The position numbers were made by a program, and so were the translations under genes. Below, piece after piece: positions 50,857 to 60,831 of a stretch of 64,000 nt of DNA (position 1 is its first letter; the number at the start of each line of letters is the position of its first letter). The DNA is from Desulfomonilia bacterium (GTDB lineage: Bacteria; Desulfobacterota; Desulfomonilia; UBA1062): the NCBI GenBank assembly GCA_050014195.1, contig JBEKDT010000002.1:153-64152 (forward strand), given 5' to 3'. The notes beneath the pieces were generated by a model that worked only from the letters and a program-made list of their open reading frames with translations, was not told the origin of the DNA and did not search any database.

Positions 50857-52527
50857 TCAATCCATCTTGAGCGACTGGTAAAACAGCGGGGTCGCCGGAC
50901 TCGTTGCCGTCGGATCGGTCATGACATTGATGCATGAGGGTTTTCCCGACTCAAAAGCCCGTTTTATTGCCGGTATGATATCTTCATCCTTTGTGACGAA
51001 TTCACCGTAACCGCCGAGTCCTTCGACCATCTTCTCATAGTGGCGCTCACCCAGCTCTGAACACTGGAGCCGGTCGCACCCGATGGAGAGCTCCTGGCTG
51101 TGCTTGATCATGCCCCATGCAGTATCATTATTCACCACGCACACCACCGGGATGTTGTGGCGGACCATGGTATCGAATTCCATGGCGTTGAGACCGAAAG
51201 AGCCGTCACCCTGGAGCAGCAGGACCTTCTTGTCGGGCCTGGCCAGCTTTGCCGCCATGGCAAAGGGGATCCCGGTTCCGAGGCAACCGAGCAACCCTGC
51301 AGCCGTTGCTACAACACCCGCCTTTTCCTTTGAGGTGAACCCGACGAGGCCGAAATATTGGGTATCGCCGCCGTCAATAACATAGACGGTATCATCTCCA
51401 AGGGCCTTTTGGATCTGTGCCACCAGGCGGATGGGGTGGATGGGGCTGGAAGGTGCCTCCCTCAGCTTGAGCTCGGGTTCGATAAAGGCATGGCTGGCGG
51501 CCCGTAGAGTCTTGAGCCAGGCACTGTGGTCACCTTTCTTGATGAGTGGAAGCAGCTGGTTGAGCACCGATGTCGTGTCTCCCACCAGACCTACGTCGGC
51601 AACCCTGTTCCTGTCTATCTCGTGCGGATCGATGTCGATGCGGATGACCTTGGTCTGGGAAGGAATGATGGCACCTGACTGCAAGAGCCAGTTGAAGCGC
51701 AGACCCGCGGCAACGATGACATCCGCTTGAGTTATGCCCAGCTGCAGCCCCACGTTTCCGATATCCCACAGGGAAAGGGGATGGTTGTCCGGAAGTTCAC
51801 CCCTGCCGAAGTTCATGAGGAAGAAGGGAAATCCCGACCTTTCGATAAACTGGCTGAGCGCAATGCCGCAGCAGCTCAGGCCCACGCCGCTGCCGCCCAT
51901 GAACAGGGGTTTTTTTGCAGCGTTTATGACATCGGCTGCCTGCTTTAGGTCCCACTCATCCGGGTGTACGGTGTACTTGTGCGTCATGCGTGTCTGCATG
52001 GGGGCCTTTTCCTCCGGGATCTTCACATTGAGGATATCCGGTGGCAGCTCGAGGAAGACCGGACCCGGCCTTCCTAATACGGCATGCCTGAAGGCAAGAG
52101 AGAGATATTCGGGTATCCGTTTCGTGTCATAGCAGGTCGCCGCCCATTTGGTAATGGGCTTTATTATGTCCATCTGGTTTATCTCCTGCAGGGCTCCCTT
52201 CAGATCGTCCCGCAGAGGATGCTTGCCGCACAGCACAACCAAAGGTGCATTATCCAGGTAGGCATTGGCAATGCCGGTTACCGCGTTGGTGAATCCGGGC
52301 CCGGCCGTTACCAGGCATACGCCGGGTTTGCCGCTGTATATGGACCAGGCCTCGGCCATCATGGCTGCGGCCTGTTCATGACGCACATCGATGGTGCGGA
52401 TCTTATACTCAGTAAAGCTGTCCAGGATCGCCTCGATATGGCCTCCGGACAGACAGAAGACCGTATCGACCTTTTCCACTTCCTTCAGATATTTTCCAAC
52501 CAGGTGACCGCCAAGTATCATTGCCAT
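50857..52527 (-). CDS. Thiamine-pyrophosphate-dependent enzyme (acetolactate synthase / 2-hydroxyacyl-CoA lyase / oxalyl-CoA decarboxylase superfamily)
   Basis: TPP-binding GDGSFGLN...NNDTAWGMI; three-domain length of 556 aa. Confidence 0.75.
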   Translation of the reverse strand: MAMILGGHLVGKYLKEVEKVDTVFCLSGGHIEAILDSFTEYKIRTIDVRHEQAAAMMAEAWSIYSGKPGVCLVTAGPGFTNAVTGIANAYLDNAPLVVLCGKHPLRDDLKGALQEINQMDIIKPITKWAATCYDTKRIPEYLSLAFRHAVLGRPGPVFLELPPDILNVKIPEEKAPMQTRMTHKYTVHPDEWDLKQAADVINAAKKPLFMGGSGVGLSCCGIALSQFIERSGFPFFLMNFGRGELPDNHPLSLWDIGNVGLQLGITQADVIVAAGLRFNWLLQSGAIIPSQTKVIRIDIDPHEIDRNRVADVGLVGDTTSVLNQLLPLIKKGDHSAWLKTLRAASHAFIEPELKLREAPSSPIHPIRLVAQIQKALGDDTVYVIDGGDTQYFGLVGFTSKEKAGVVATAAGLLGCLGTGIPFAMAAKLARPDKKVLLLQGDGSFGLNAMEFDTMVRHNIPVVCVVNNDTAWGMIKHSQELSIGCDRLQCSELGERHYEKMVEGLGGYGEFVTKDEDIIPAIKRAFESGKPSCINVMTDPTATSPATPLFYQSLKMD

Positions 52528-52615
52528 AAGTATACCCCCGAATTGTTTTTGGAACCGTTAACCTGATCTCCTGAATAAACATATGGGCCAATAGGGTGTG
52601 CGGCGCTTGGGGCAT

Positions 52616-52978
52616 CTACATGATGAGCTTCACCGCGTCGTTGAACCACTGGATGAAATAGGCCATCCCCTCGACCTTGAGCTTGCCGTTGGCGGCAGCC
52701 AGGAATGAGGCCTCATCGGTCCCTGCGAGCATCACCTTGAAGGCGGTATTGGGATCGGCCCAGACGAGCGCTGCATCACACTTGTGATTGGCGCCCCTTT
52801 GCGTCAATACCTTTCCTTTATCAAAGATGAAGAGCCTTCCCCTCTTCCTGTCAGCCGTCTTGATGAGAATCCGAAGCTGCAGGTTGCCTATGTAGTTCCG
52901 GAAGGCCTTGTTCGCCTTGGCAGCCCTTGAAAGCTTCAGGTATAACACGAACAGGAGAAACGATAATTTCATGGACAC
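52616..52978 (-). CDS. SCP2 (sterol-carrier-protein-like) domain protein
   Basis: DAALVWADPNTAFKVMLAG...GKLKVEGM matches the SCP2 C-terminal signature. Confidence 0.65.
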   Translation of the reverse strand: MSMKLSFLLFVLYLKLSRAAKANKAFRNYIGNLQLRILIKTADRKRGRLFIFDKGKVLTQRGANHKCDAALVWADPNTAFKVMLAGTDEASFLAAANGKLKVEGMAYFIQWFNDAVKLIM

Positions 52979-53063
52979 CCCCTTGATCGTAGTAATGTAT
53001 AGTTAAGGCAAAACACCACCCAGGTTGACCCGACTCAATGCCGGGCAGCGCATCACCTTGGTG

Positions 53064-54044
53064 TTATCTATTCCCGTAGGTCTGCTTCACCCATGCCCCT
53101 ATCCTCTCCATAGCCTCAGGATAGGAGATCGTTGTTTTCCAGCCCAGTTCCCTTTTGGCCAGGGAGTTGTCAACATCAAGGTCCCTGCCTGTGATCTCAA
53201 TGGACATGCGCGAAAGGGGCGGTCGTATTCCAAGCGGTGTGCAGACCAGGTCGAAAAGGCTTCCCAGCGCTCGTGCCGGCCAGTAGGGGATGCTTCCGAA
53301 CGGTTTCTTCCCGATGAATGACCCGAGATCGGTGATGTACTCTTTCCATGAGACATCCCAGTCATCCCGCAGCTGGTAGATCTTTCCCTTGCCGATGTCC
53401 TTCGTGCCGGCCAGGATGATGCCTTCCACGAGGTTGTCCACATAAATGAAACTGGAGCTGTACCGCCCCTTGTCTACGAGCGGCATGGGCATGGCCATCA
53501 TCTTTTCCACGATGTCCCTCACCCATGCGCTTCCCGGGCCTGTCACATTGGCGGGACGGATGATGGTGCACGCTATCCTGCCGCTCTTGTGAGCGCTCAT
53601 CACGAGTTTTTCCGCATCGAGCTTGGCATCGTTGTACGGGATGCCGGATTTGAAGGCCTGATCGGTCTCCTTGATGCCCTTCATATGGCGGCCGAGGCCG
53701 ATAGCCGCTATGGAGCTTATATACACGAACCGTGAAGCTTTCCCTGATACCTCTTCCATGAGGTGAAGCGTAGCATCATAGATGGCGGTATAGAATTGCT
53801 CCCTGGTTCCCCAATCGGTGACACGGCCTGCAAGATGGAACACGATATCGACACCATCACAGATGCCCTTGAGTGTTTCCCGCTCGGACAAATCGCCACG
53901 ATAAATCTTTACCCCAAGCTGATCAAGCGCATACGTGTTTTCACCCGGAAGGACCAGAGCGCGAACCTCTATGCCCTGTTTTACCAACTCCTTTGTGAGG
54001 ACTGACCCGATAAAACCTGTCGCCCCTGTGACTAATGCCTTCAT
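53064..54044 (-). CDS. NAD-dependent epimerase/dehydratase (extended SDR; 3beta-HSD-like)
   Basis: MKALVTGATGFIGSVL Rossmann motif and YxxxK (YNDAKL); start trimmed to the internal Met. Confidence 0.8.
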   Translation of the reverse strand: MKALVTGATGFIGSVLTKELVKQGIEVRALVLPGENTYALDQLGVKIYRGDLSERETLKGICDGVDIVFHLAGRVTDWGTREQFYTAIYDATLHLMEEVSGKASRFVYISSIAAIGLGRHMKGIKETDQAFKSGIPYNDAKLDAEKLVMSAHKSGRIACTIIRPANVTGPGSAWVRDIVEKMMAMPMPLVDKGRYSSSFIYVDNLVEGIILAGTKDIGKGKIYQLRDDWDVSWKEYITDLGSFIGKKPFGSIPYWPARALGSLFDLVCTPLGIRPPLSRMSIEITGRDLDVDNSLAKRELGWKTTISYPEAMERIGAWVKQTYGNR

Positions 54045-54183
54045 CACCACCCCTATGCTTGTCTCATTAAACAACAGCGATGTCAGAAGCAATACTATGT
54101 TTCGATTACACCCCGGCAGCAATCTCAGGTCTGAGTTAAATCCTGCCCGCGGACATCATTACTGTATAATATGAGTAAAGGCT

Positions 54184-54237
54184 CACCGTGTCAACATCAA
54201 ATATGAGTAATTACTCATATTTGATGTTGACACGGTG
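54184..54237. promoter_or_regulatory. Perfect 54-bp palindrome (27-bp arms, no spacer) upstream of the TetR gene
   Basis: CACCGTGTCAACATCAAATATGAGTAA|TTACTCATATTTGATGTTGACACGGTG; the half-site core ATATGAGTAA also occurs at 54168-54177 next to a TATAAT box. Confidence 0.7.
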
Positions 54238-54352
54238 CTCCACTGCTATTAATCTACAATAATCATGCATGATATCCTCCTTTATTTTAACGAGCTTTAT
54301 GAGTTAGACCCGCAAAGCATTTATCTTTTTTCATGATGAGAAAGGGGCATCG

Positions 54353-54949
54353 ATGCGCGTCAGGGTTCCCAAGCAGAGCAGGAGCAGGGAAAGAAGATCA
54401 AGAATCATGGAAACAGCCCTGGACCTGTTCGCGAACAAGGGGATAAACGGGACGAGTTCAAACGAGATCGCGCAGATGGCTGGCGTCTCCATCGGTACGT
54501 TCTACAGCTACTTTGAGAACAAGAAGACCCTGTTCCTCGAGATTCTGAAGAATCACCTCGATAACTTCATAACCGGCATCTACACCTTGCAGCCGGACGA
54601 TTCAATCCCCTTAAGGGATCTCATCAAAGACCATATCCACAAAGGTTTCCTGACCTTTGACATCCACCCCTCTTTCCACAAGGAAGCGCTTGTTCTGAAA
54701 TTCTCGGACCCTGCTGTGAGGAAGCTCTTCGACGAGGTAGAGCAGAAGCAGCTTGGCATCATCAGCTCTCTCCTCGTACCCTATTGCAAAAACAAAAACC
54801 CGCTGGCCCTTCAGGAAGTATCTAAGGTGATCCACAGTGCAGTGGAGAACGTTGCCCATTATGTGAAGTTTCTCGATTCGCCCCTGGACAAGGACAAGCT
54901 CATCGAAGAGCTCACAGAGATGATCTACCATTATGTGAATAATCTTTAA
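54353..54949 (+). CDS. TetR family transcriptional regulator
   Basis: N-terminal HTH RIMETALDLFANKGINGTSSNEIAQMAGVSIGTFYSYF. Confidence 0.85.
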   Translation: MRVRVPKQSRSRERRSRIMETALDLFANKGINGTSSNEIAQMAGVSIGTFYSYFENKKTLFLEILKNHLDNFITGIYTLQPDDSIPLRDLIKDHIHKGFLTFDIHPSFHKEALVLKFSDPAVRKLFDEVEQKQLGIISSLLVPYCKNKNPLALQEVSKVIHSAVENVAHYVKFLDSPLDKDKLIEELTEMIYHYVNNL

Positions 54950-55038
54950 GTCAAAAAAACATCCCTTTGGTAATCAAGTCTTGATTACCATGGCATTCAG
55001 AAAAATCACCTTATTCATTAACATAGCACCACCAAGGA

Positions 55039-55980
55039 TTATTGGATGCCCTTATGCTTATTCAAGAAGGACACATAATACCCGGCTGTCTCCTTGGCCC
55101 TTTCCAGCATGGGCAAATGGCCGCAATCCTTTATGATGACTATCTCTGAATTTGGCAGTGATTTTTTCAGCACCTCTGTGGTGGACACATGGAGTATCCT
55201 GTCTTTATCCCCCCAAATCACTAATACAGGTACATTGAGCCCGGCCAGCAGAGGGTAAATGTCAGTAGATTGGGTAGTGAATTCTTTCCCAACCTTCTTG
55301 TTGAATTCACATGAGGTAATTGCCTTATCAGCAAGCACAGCGGTTATAGGCCAAGGGATGAAAGGCTGTTTGTAGAAGACGTATTTCAACAACTCGTCAT
55401 ATTCCTCTTTTGAGGAAGGTGTTAATGGGCTCTGCCCTTTGAGCATTGCCAGCTGGAGATCACTCGGCTGAGGAGAGACAGCCTGGAGACCGGCATTATC
55501 CACGAGGCATAGGGATATAACCTTTTGAGGGTATCGGGTAGCATAGAATATGGAGATCCATCCACCCATGGAATTTCCTGCAAGATGAAACTTTGATATA
55601 CCCAGGGTATTTACTGCCTGATCAAGGTTTGATGCCATATAGTCGATGGTGTAGGTCTGTTCGACAGATTTATCGCTATCTCCATGGCCGGGCATATCAA
55701 AGGCGATCACTCGATATTCTTTGGGTATATATCGAACGAAGCGGTTCCAGTTATCCTTGTTTGCAGTAAATCCATGGATAAGCACTATGGTTTCACCTTT
55801 ACCGGGTCGCTCCAGATAGGACATGGTATGTCCATTGACGCTCACTGACGATAACATAAGACCAGACCTGGATCGATCTGAAGAGATCATGAAATTATAC
55901 ATGCCCTGCTTGAATGATGCGCAGCCGAATACCAGACAGGCTATCAGAAGAGCCGGGATGATCTTAAAAATCCTTTTCAT
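55039..55980 (-). CDS. Alpha/beta hydrolase lipoprotein
   Basis: Lipobox LVFGCAS, HGFTANKDNW oxyanion region, GNSMGG nucleophile elbow and C-terminal His. Confidence 0.8.
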   Translation of the reverse strand: MKRIFKIIPALLIACLVFGCASFKQGMYNFMISSDRSRSGLMLSSVSVNGHTMSYLERPGKGETIVLIHGFTANKDNWNRFVRYIPKEYRVIAFDMPGHGDSDKSVEQTYTIDYMASNLDQAVNTLGISKFHLAGNSMGGWISIFYATRYPQKVISLCLVDNAGLQAVSPQPSDLQLAMLKGQSPLTPSSKEEYDELLKYVFYKQPFIPWPITAVLADKAITSCEFNKKVGKEFTTQSTDIYPLLAGLNVPVLVIWGDKDRILHVSTTEVLKKSLPNSEIVIIKDCGHLPMLERAKETAGYYVSFLNKHKGIQ

Positions 55981-56089
55981 ACTCCCTCCTCAAACTCGAT
56001 ATTATTTTGTTAACACAAATGAATGCCCCCGAACTGTCATCTGTTTATATACTTTTTCTTTCATAGAGATCACTTAGCCATTGCCAGGA

Positions 56090-57337
56090 CTAGTATGCCC
56101 AATACGGACCCGGACCGGCGGGAGTATCCTTTCCCTCGATGGCAGTGTACACAGTGCGCCCATAAAAGAAAGGCAGGCCCCAGTCAAAGCCCTCAGCGGA
56201 GCTACTCGGCCCGGCAAGGGCGCTGAAGGCATCATAATTGCTGGTTGAACCGCTGAACATCATCGCAGCATTCCCCACGCTGAATCTGACCGTGCCACTC
56301 GTTCCGTTTGCCCCCTGGTTGGTTGCGGAAAGAATCAGTGTTTCAGATGGACAGTAGTAGTCTGAGACATAGCCTTGCGTGCATTGATGTATTGTATTAT
56401 CCAGAAAGAAATAGCCGTTTGAACCGCTATCGATAAAGCTATACGGCATTGTTTGATTGTTATAGATCGTGGTGATGGAGTTCTGGTTGAGCGTATAAAC
56501 GGCTGCGCTGCCGAGCCCGTTATTCGACTGCGTGCCAATGCCGAAGACTAATGATCCTTTTGCCGTTGGCGCAGCATTCGAGACTGCCGGCAAGGTGATG
56601 ATTACACCATTGTTGTCCTTGGGGAACAAGGCAACAGGGTTCTGCACCTGTTGAGAAAGGGCGACAGAGACCGGCCGGCAGCCGGCGGAGGAGCATTCAT
56701 AATACACAGTCGACAGCAACGCCCCTCCGGAGCTCTGTGCGCATGAGTTGCCGCAATCCTGCTGTAACTGCCCTACCCCCAGTATGCCGTTGGCACCCAA
56801 GCTCTGCAGATCATCTATTTCGGGACCACCGCCACTCGAGATATCAGTTGGAATATTATTGGGATAAAAATCGTGATCGAGCACATGAATGGGCACTGAG
56901 CTCGCCGACTCACCAGCCATCTTCACATCGGCAATCTGTATGGGTCCCCAAACATAAGATCCATCCACGAATTGGACAGATTCAGCAAGGGGATTACCAT
57001 CAATGGTCTGCGGCGGAAGAGAAAGTGTAAGAGCGGAAGACAACAGCATCAATCCTACTGAGCCGGTGTCCACCAATACGCCGTCGATCGTCTGGCAGTT
57101 GGAAGTAGTGCCGGGAACACAGACTGTAACGCTGGTAAATGCAGCGTTGGGGTAGGTATTACCCGAGGAAGAATCGGCAGTCGGGCCGCCATTTACCACG
57201 ATCGGCTGAACGTTTTCAGCGGAGCTCACCTTCGTATTGGATCCGCCGCCTGAGCCCCCGCCCCCGCATTCCGTGAATAATACCCACATGCCGAATACGG
57301 CCAGGATCAATGAGCCCCGGATGATGACCTTCCTCAT
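56090..57337 (-). CDS. DUF3443-like secreted lipoprotein with two pepsin-like aspartic-protease motifs
   Basis: Lipobox FTECGGGGSGGG; LVDTGSVGL and FIDSGSNGYFF resemble the bilobal D(T/S)G(S/T) motifs of pepsin-like proteases; 415 aa. Confidence 0.5.
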   Translation of the reverse strand: MRKVIIRGSLILAVFGMWVLFTECGGGGSGGGSNTKVSSAENVQPIVVNGGPTADSSSGNTYPNAAFTSVTVCVPGTTSNCQTIDGVLVDTGSVGLMLLSSALTLSLPPQTIDGNPLAESVQFVDGSYVWGPIQIADVKMAGESASSVPIHVLDHDFYPNNIPTDISSGGGPEIDDLQSLGANGILGVGQLQQDCGNSCAQSSGGALLSTVYYECSSAGCRPVSVALSQQVQNPVALFPKDNNGVIITLPAVSNAAPTAKGSLVFGIGTQSNNGLGSAAVYTLNQNSITTIYNNQTMPYSFIDSGSNGYFFLDNTIHQCTQGYVSDYYCPSETLILSATNQGANGTSGTVRFSVGNAAMMFSGSTSNYDAFSALAGPSSSAEGFDWGLPFFYGRTVYTAIEGKDTPAGPGPYWAY

Positions 57338-57840
57338 CGTATCTCCTCGATATTCACCCCCTTCGGCACCTGATCAGGGATGTAAGCCCTGCCGAAATAC
57401 GCCCGCATATGCCCGCCGGATTGTACGACCAATCCCGGCTCCTGGATCTGGATCGGCCCGCGGATCCGGGGGCGGTTCTTGTTGCGGGTTTGCGATGCTA
57501 GTGAAAACTGGCCAAAATACCCTCCGAGGAGCTGGCGAAGATCTGGAAGAAACGGGCCCTGCCATGCCACGGCAAAAACCTTTCCCGCAGAAGAAACATA
57601 TTCCCTCACCATGGTGCTGCTCGACGCCTTAATTTCGTGAACCGTGTACAGCTCGGTGCGCGTGGTTCTCTGTACGCCCCTCATGCGTGCCTGATCGGCC
57701 TGCACCGATCCTACATTCTCTCCAAGAGCTGCTGATGCGGGGATCGGAAGAGTAAGTATACAGATAGTGGTGAAAACCAACAGCATCCCCATATTCACAC
57801 AACGAATTCTGGATTGCATACCCGTACCCATCTCATACAC
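57334..57840 (-). CDS. DUF2844-like small secreted protein
   Basis: Signal peptide (MGMLLVFTTICILTLPIPASA); overlaps the downstream DUF3443-like gene by 4 nt (ATGA). Confidence 0.5.
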   Translation of the reverse strand: MYEMGTGMQSRIRCVNMGMLLVFTTICILTLPIPASAALGENVGSVQADQARMRGVQRTTRTELYTVHEIKASSSTMVREYVSSAGKVFAVAWQGPFLPDLRQLLGGYFGQFSLASQTRNKNRPRIRGPIQIQEPGLVVQSGGHMRAYFGRAYIPDQVPKGVNIEEIR

Positions 57841-57959
57841 CTACCAATCTGCTCTTCATAACCACACTCGTCGCTGTCCTGGATAATGAAGTACTTGGTG
57901 CTTGTATGTCAAGGACGCAAAAAAGATGAATAACAAAATACCAAGTGAAAATAGTCTAT

Positions 57960-58433
57960 CTATTGTAACGGCTTCTGGTATCGCATCCGCAGGTGTCGAG
58001 GTGGTTTATTCGTGATTACTTCAGGTTGTCCGGCCCTCTTTTGATCGTTCTTTTTCTCAAGCCTGGTTACGCACTCTTCACAGATGCCGTGGCTGGATTT
58101 CAGGGAATGCATTTTCAGTGCGTATTCTTCGAAATTCACCCATTCATCATCCACCCATACCTTCCTGCACCAGGCACAGACCCTTAAAAATCGCTCAATC
58201 CGCCTAACTCTTCGTAGTGAGATAAAAGTTATAGTGATAGCGACTATTGCAACAATTAAAACCGAGACCGTCTCCAGGATGTATTCCTGGGGCCTGTATG
58301 GTGTTTGTGGAGCCCCAAGGAAGCGGTATGGCAAATCCACAAACTCATCAAGCCATAGGACTATGGTGACAATAATGAACAAACCTGCTTCACCTGCAAT
58401 CACCATCCAGTCTTTGGATTTTAGATTTTTCAT
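57960..58433 (-). CDS. Hypothetical membrane protein with C-terminal Cys4 zinc-ribbon-like motif
   Basis: Two TM helices, then CAWCRK...HGICEEC. Confidence 0.45.
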   Translation of the reverse strand: MKNLKSKDWMVIAGEAGLFIIVTIVLWLDEFVDLPYRFLGAPQTPYRPQEYILETVSVLIVAIVAITITFISLRRVRRIERFLRVCAWCRKVWVDDEWVNFEEYALKMHSLKSSHGICEECVTRLEKKNDQKRAGQPEVITNKPPRHLRMRYQKPLQ

Positions 58434-59186
58434 GGATCTTATGCCTCATTATTCTTATATTATTAGAGACAGACTGGTAATTATTAGGTTCATCTATAGT
58501 ATAGGTACTTGTAAAAAAAACCTGTCAAGGTGATATATCCTTTCAACAGTCCATAGAGATGTTTATCCTTTCCCATTACACGGAGCAAACCAAGAACGAA
58601 TCCCAAGATTGTAGGGTATGTTGATAGAGCTTCCGTTTCTTTTAAAAAAATCGGGGAGCCATTGCAGCTCCCCAAAGGGGAGGTAATTATGCGGTATAGC
58701 TTATGTATGGAGTTGGTCATTATGAGTGGTTATTCATGTTCTTTCTAGCGGTAGATTGGTCTTATTATTGCTCGCCACCCCATGAACCTTGGCCTGCCTT
58801 GCCGTGTCTCTTTTTCATCATGTTGTGGAGCTGTTGAAATTGATCCGGGGTAAGGATATTTATCATCCCCTCAATTTTTGTTATGCCATTCTTCCCTTGG
58901 GCACTTTTCATATACCCTCCTTCATGTTTCTTCTCATGTTGACTGTTAAGACGTATTGGGGACTTTATCGTTTACAAGAAGACTGTAAATATTTGTAAAG
59001 GCATGACCTGCTTATGATTATCGAACTAAGCGAATCAGATCTTTTGGATGCTTTGTTGAAGACAGGTCTGGATAAATTTATTATTAAAGGGTCGGGACAC
59101 ACATACATCAATCCCTTGAAAATCTCTCATCACCTATTAATAATAGTTGGTACCCTATACCACTTGAGAGAATATAGAGGTAATCT

Positions 59187-59585
59187 ATGATATCCATTAT
59201 GAGAAATCGTATCTTAGCAGCGTTTGTAACCTTCCATATGTTCTTGTTTGTAACTTCTCCGGCTTTTGCATCCCTGATACCATCTTTGGGTTCATCGACC
59301 CAGGAAACGAGCTGTTCCCTCCAAAGAGATATGGACACGGTCCAGCAAGCCTTGGAAACAAAGATCGTGCAGGAGAAACTCAAAGCCTATGGGCTCTGTC
59401 CAGATGAGGTGGCATCGAAGCTCACCTCAATGACACCTCATCAGATCCATTTGCTTGCCGTTGCCTCTTCCGACATTTTAACAGGTGGTGATGCCGGAAC
59501 TGTCATTTTAGTTGTTGGAGTGGCCATGACGGTCTTTTTTCTCTATACATTTATTAATTTTCTCATGGGGAGTTCCACACAATAA
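59187..59585 (+). CDS. Small secreted/membrane-anchored hypothetical protein (signal peptide + C-terminal TM)
   Basis: Signal peptide ending AFAS; LETKIVQEKLKAYGLCPDEVASKL helical core; C-terminal hydrophobic helix. Confidence 0.45.
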   Translation: MISIMRNRILAAFVTFHMFLFVTSPAFASLIPSLGSSTQETSCSLQRDMDTVQQALETKIVQEKLKAYGLCPDEVASKLTSMTPHQIHLLAVASSDILTGGDAGTVILVVGVAMTVFFLYTFINFLMGSSTQ

Positions 59586-59787
59586 ATAGTGTAACCGTGG
59601 GGATTGATGCTGCAGATGATGATCCCTATCACAGAATCCATACTCTCAGGTCATCGGGTTATCACAGATATCTTATTACTATCTTTCAGATAAGCCATCC
59701 TTCGCTCGTTGGTTAGTTAATGAACGCAGATAGAAATTGTATTGGCCTGCCATCCGTAGCTTGCGAGTAAAACGAGCAAACGAAGGA

Positions 59788-59816
59788 TGGTGGATGCGGG
59801 GGAAATCGAACCCCCG
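59788..59816 (-). repeat. Direct-repeat copy (27/29 nt) of the tmRNA 3' end (T-arm + acceptor + CCA); candidate att site
   Basis: Minus-strand CGGGGGTTCGATTTCCCCCGCATCCACCA matches CGGGGGTTCGATTCCCCCCGCCTCCACCA at the 3' end of ssrA (61990-62018). No 5' tRNA half lies upstream, so it is not a gene. Confidence 0.75.
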
Positions 59817-59992
59817 TTATAGAGATTTTAGATCGTGATTATAATATGTTATAATCATGCTACACACGTTTTACACAAATATGGACGCGGTCAGGAACAA
59901 TTATTACAATAAAAAACACCGATATAATCATCATAGGATCTAAGTATTGTCTGTTGATCTCGGCATAGCAATCAAGGACATCTTGATATTTC

Positions 59993-60031
59993 TGCATAGT
60001 ATGTCGATAAAATGTCGACATACTATGCAGA
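59993..60031. promoter_or_regulatory. Inverted repeat (16-bp arms, 7-bp spacer) upstream of abiEi
   Basis: CTGCATAGTATGTCGA taaaatg TCGACATACTATGCAG, about 140 bp upstream of the AbiEi start. Confidence 0.55.
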
Positions 60032-60168
60032 AAATGATAATGAGAAAAAGGGTCAAGATTTCTCAGGTCACAAAGAGCTTACTCCATACGAGAAAGAGAA
60101 GCATAGTTCAATGGGCATCTTGTTTAATACTGATATGACCTGAGTGGGAAGGAGGAAAGATATCATCA

Positions 60169-60831
60169 ATGATCGAACAGATCAGGAAGGCTATCAACCG
60201 AGAGGAGTTTGACTATCAGGTGCTCATGACCTGCCTTAAGGGATACTCACGCCCGAGGGACAAAATTACCGATCTTATGAGAAAAAAGCAGATCATTAGG
60301 GTCAAGAAGGGTTTGTACATCTTCGGACAGGAATACAGGAAGCGGCCATACTCTCGGGAGATTCTTGCTAACCTTATCTATGGTCCCTCGTATATCTCTC
60401 TTGAATATGCCCTGTCTTACCATGGTCTGATTCCGGAACGAGTCGAATCTCTCACTTCGGTTACAACGGGACGGTCGAGGATATTCACCACACCTGTGGG
60501 GCTGTTCACCTACCGCATGATCCCCCTTCCCGCCTTCCAAACAGGTATGACCAGAATCGAGCTCGATGATGGAGGGGCGTTCCTCATTGCCACCCGGGAA
60601 AAGGCCCTTGTTGATAAAATATTCATTGATCGTGATGCAGAGATGAGAACGCTCAAGGGGCTTGAGGAATACTTGTTTGAGAATCTTCGTATCGACCCCG
60701 TTCTCTTAGGCAGGCTTGATATCGGCCAAGCCTTCGAGTTTGCAGCGTGTTACCGGTCGTCCAAGTTACGTGTCCTGGGCAATCTTCTCAGGAAGATCCA
60801 GAAACAAGAGAGTGAGGCGGGCTATGCATGA
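60169..60831 (+). CDS. abiEi: AbiEi-family antitoxin / transcriptional regulator (type IV TA / abortive infection)
   Basis: N-terminal wHTH with the QIIRVKKGLYIF pattern characteristic of AbiEi; 220 aa; 8-nt overlap with the downstream gene. Confidence 0.7.
   Translation: MIEQIRKAINREEFDYQVLMTCLKGYSRPRDKITDLMRKKQIIRVKKGLYIFGQEYRKRPYSREILANLIYGPSYISLEYALSYHGLIPERVESLTSVTTGRSRIFTTPVGLFTYRMIPLPAFQTGMTRIELDDGGAFLIATREKALVDKIFIDRDAEMRTLKGLEEYLFENLRIDPVLLGRLDIGQAFEFAACYRSSKLRVLGNLLRKIQKQESEAGYA

Noticed and set aside
59788-59816. tRNA-like T-arm/acceptor/CCA that could be called a tRNA gene
   Set aside because: No 5' acceptor strand, D-arm or anticodon arm lies upstream on the minus strand. It matches only the last 29 nt of the nearby tmRNA, so it is an att-type repeat, not a tRNA.
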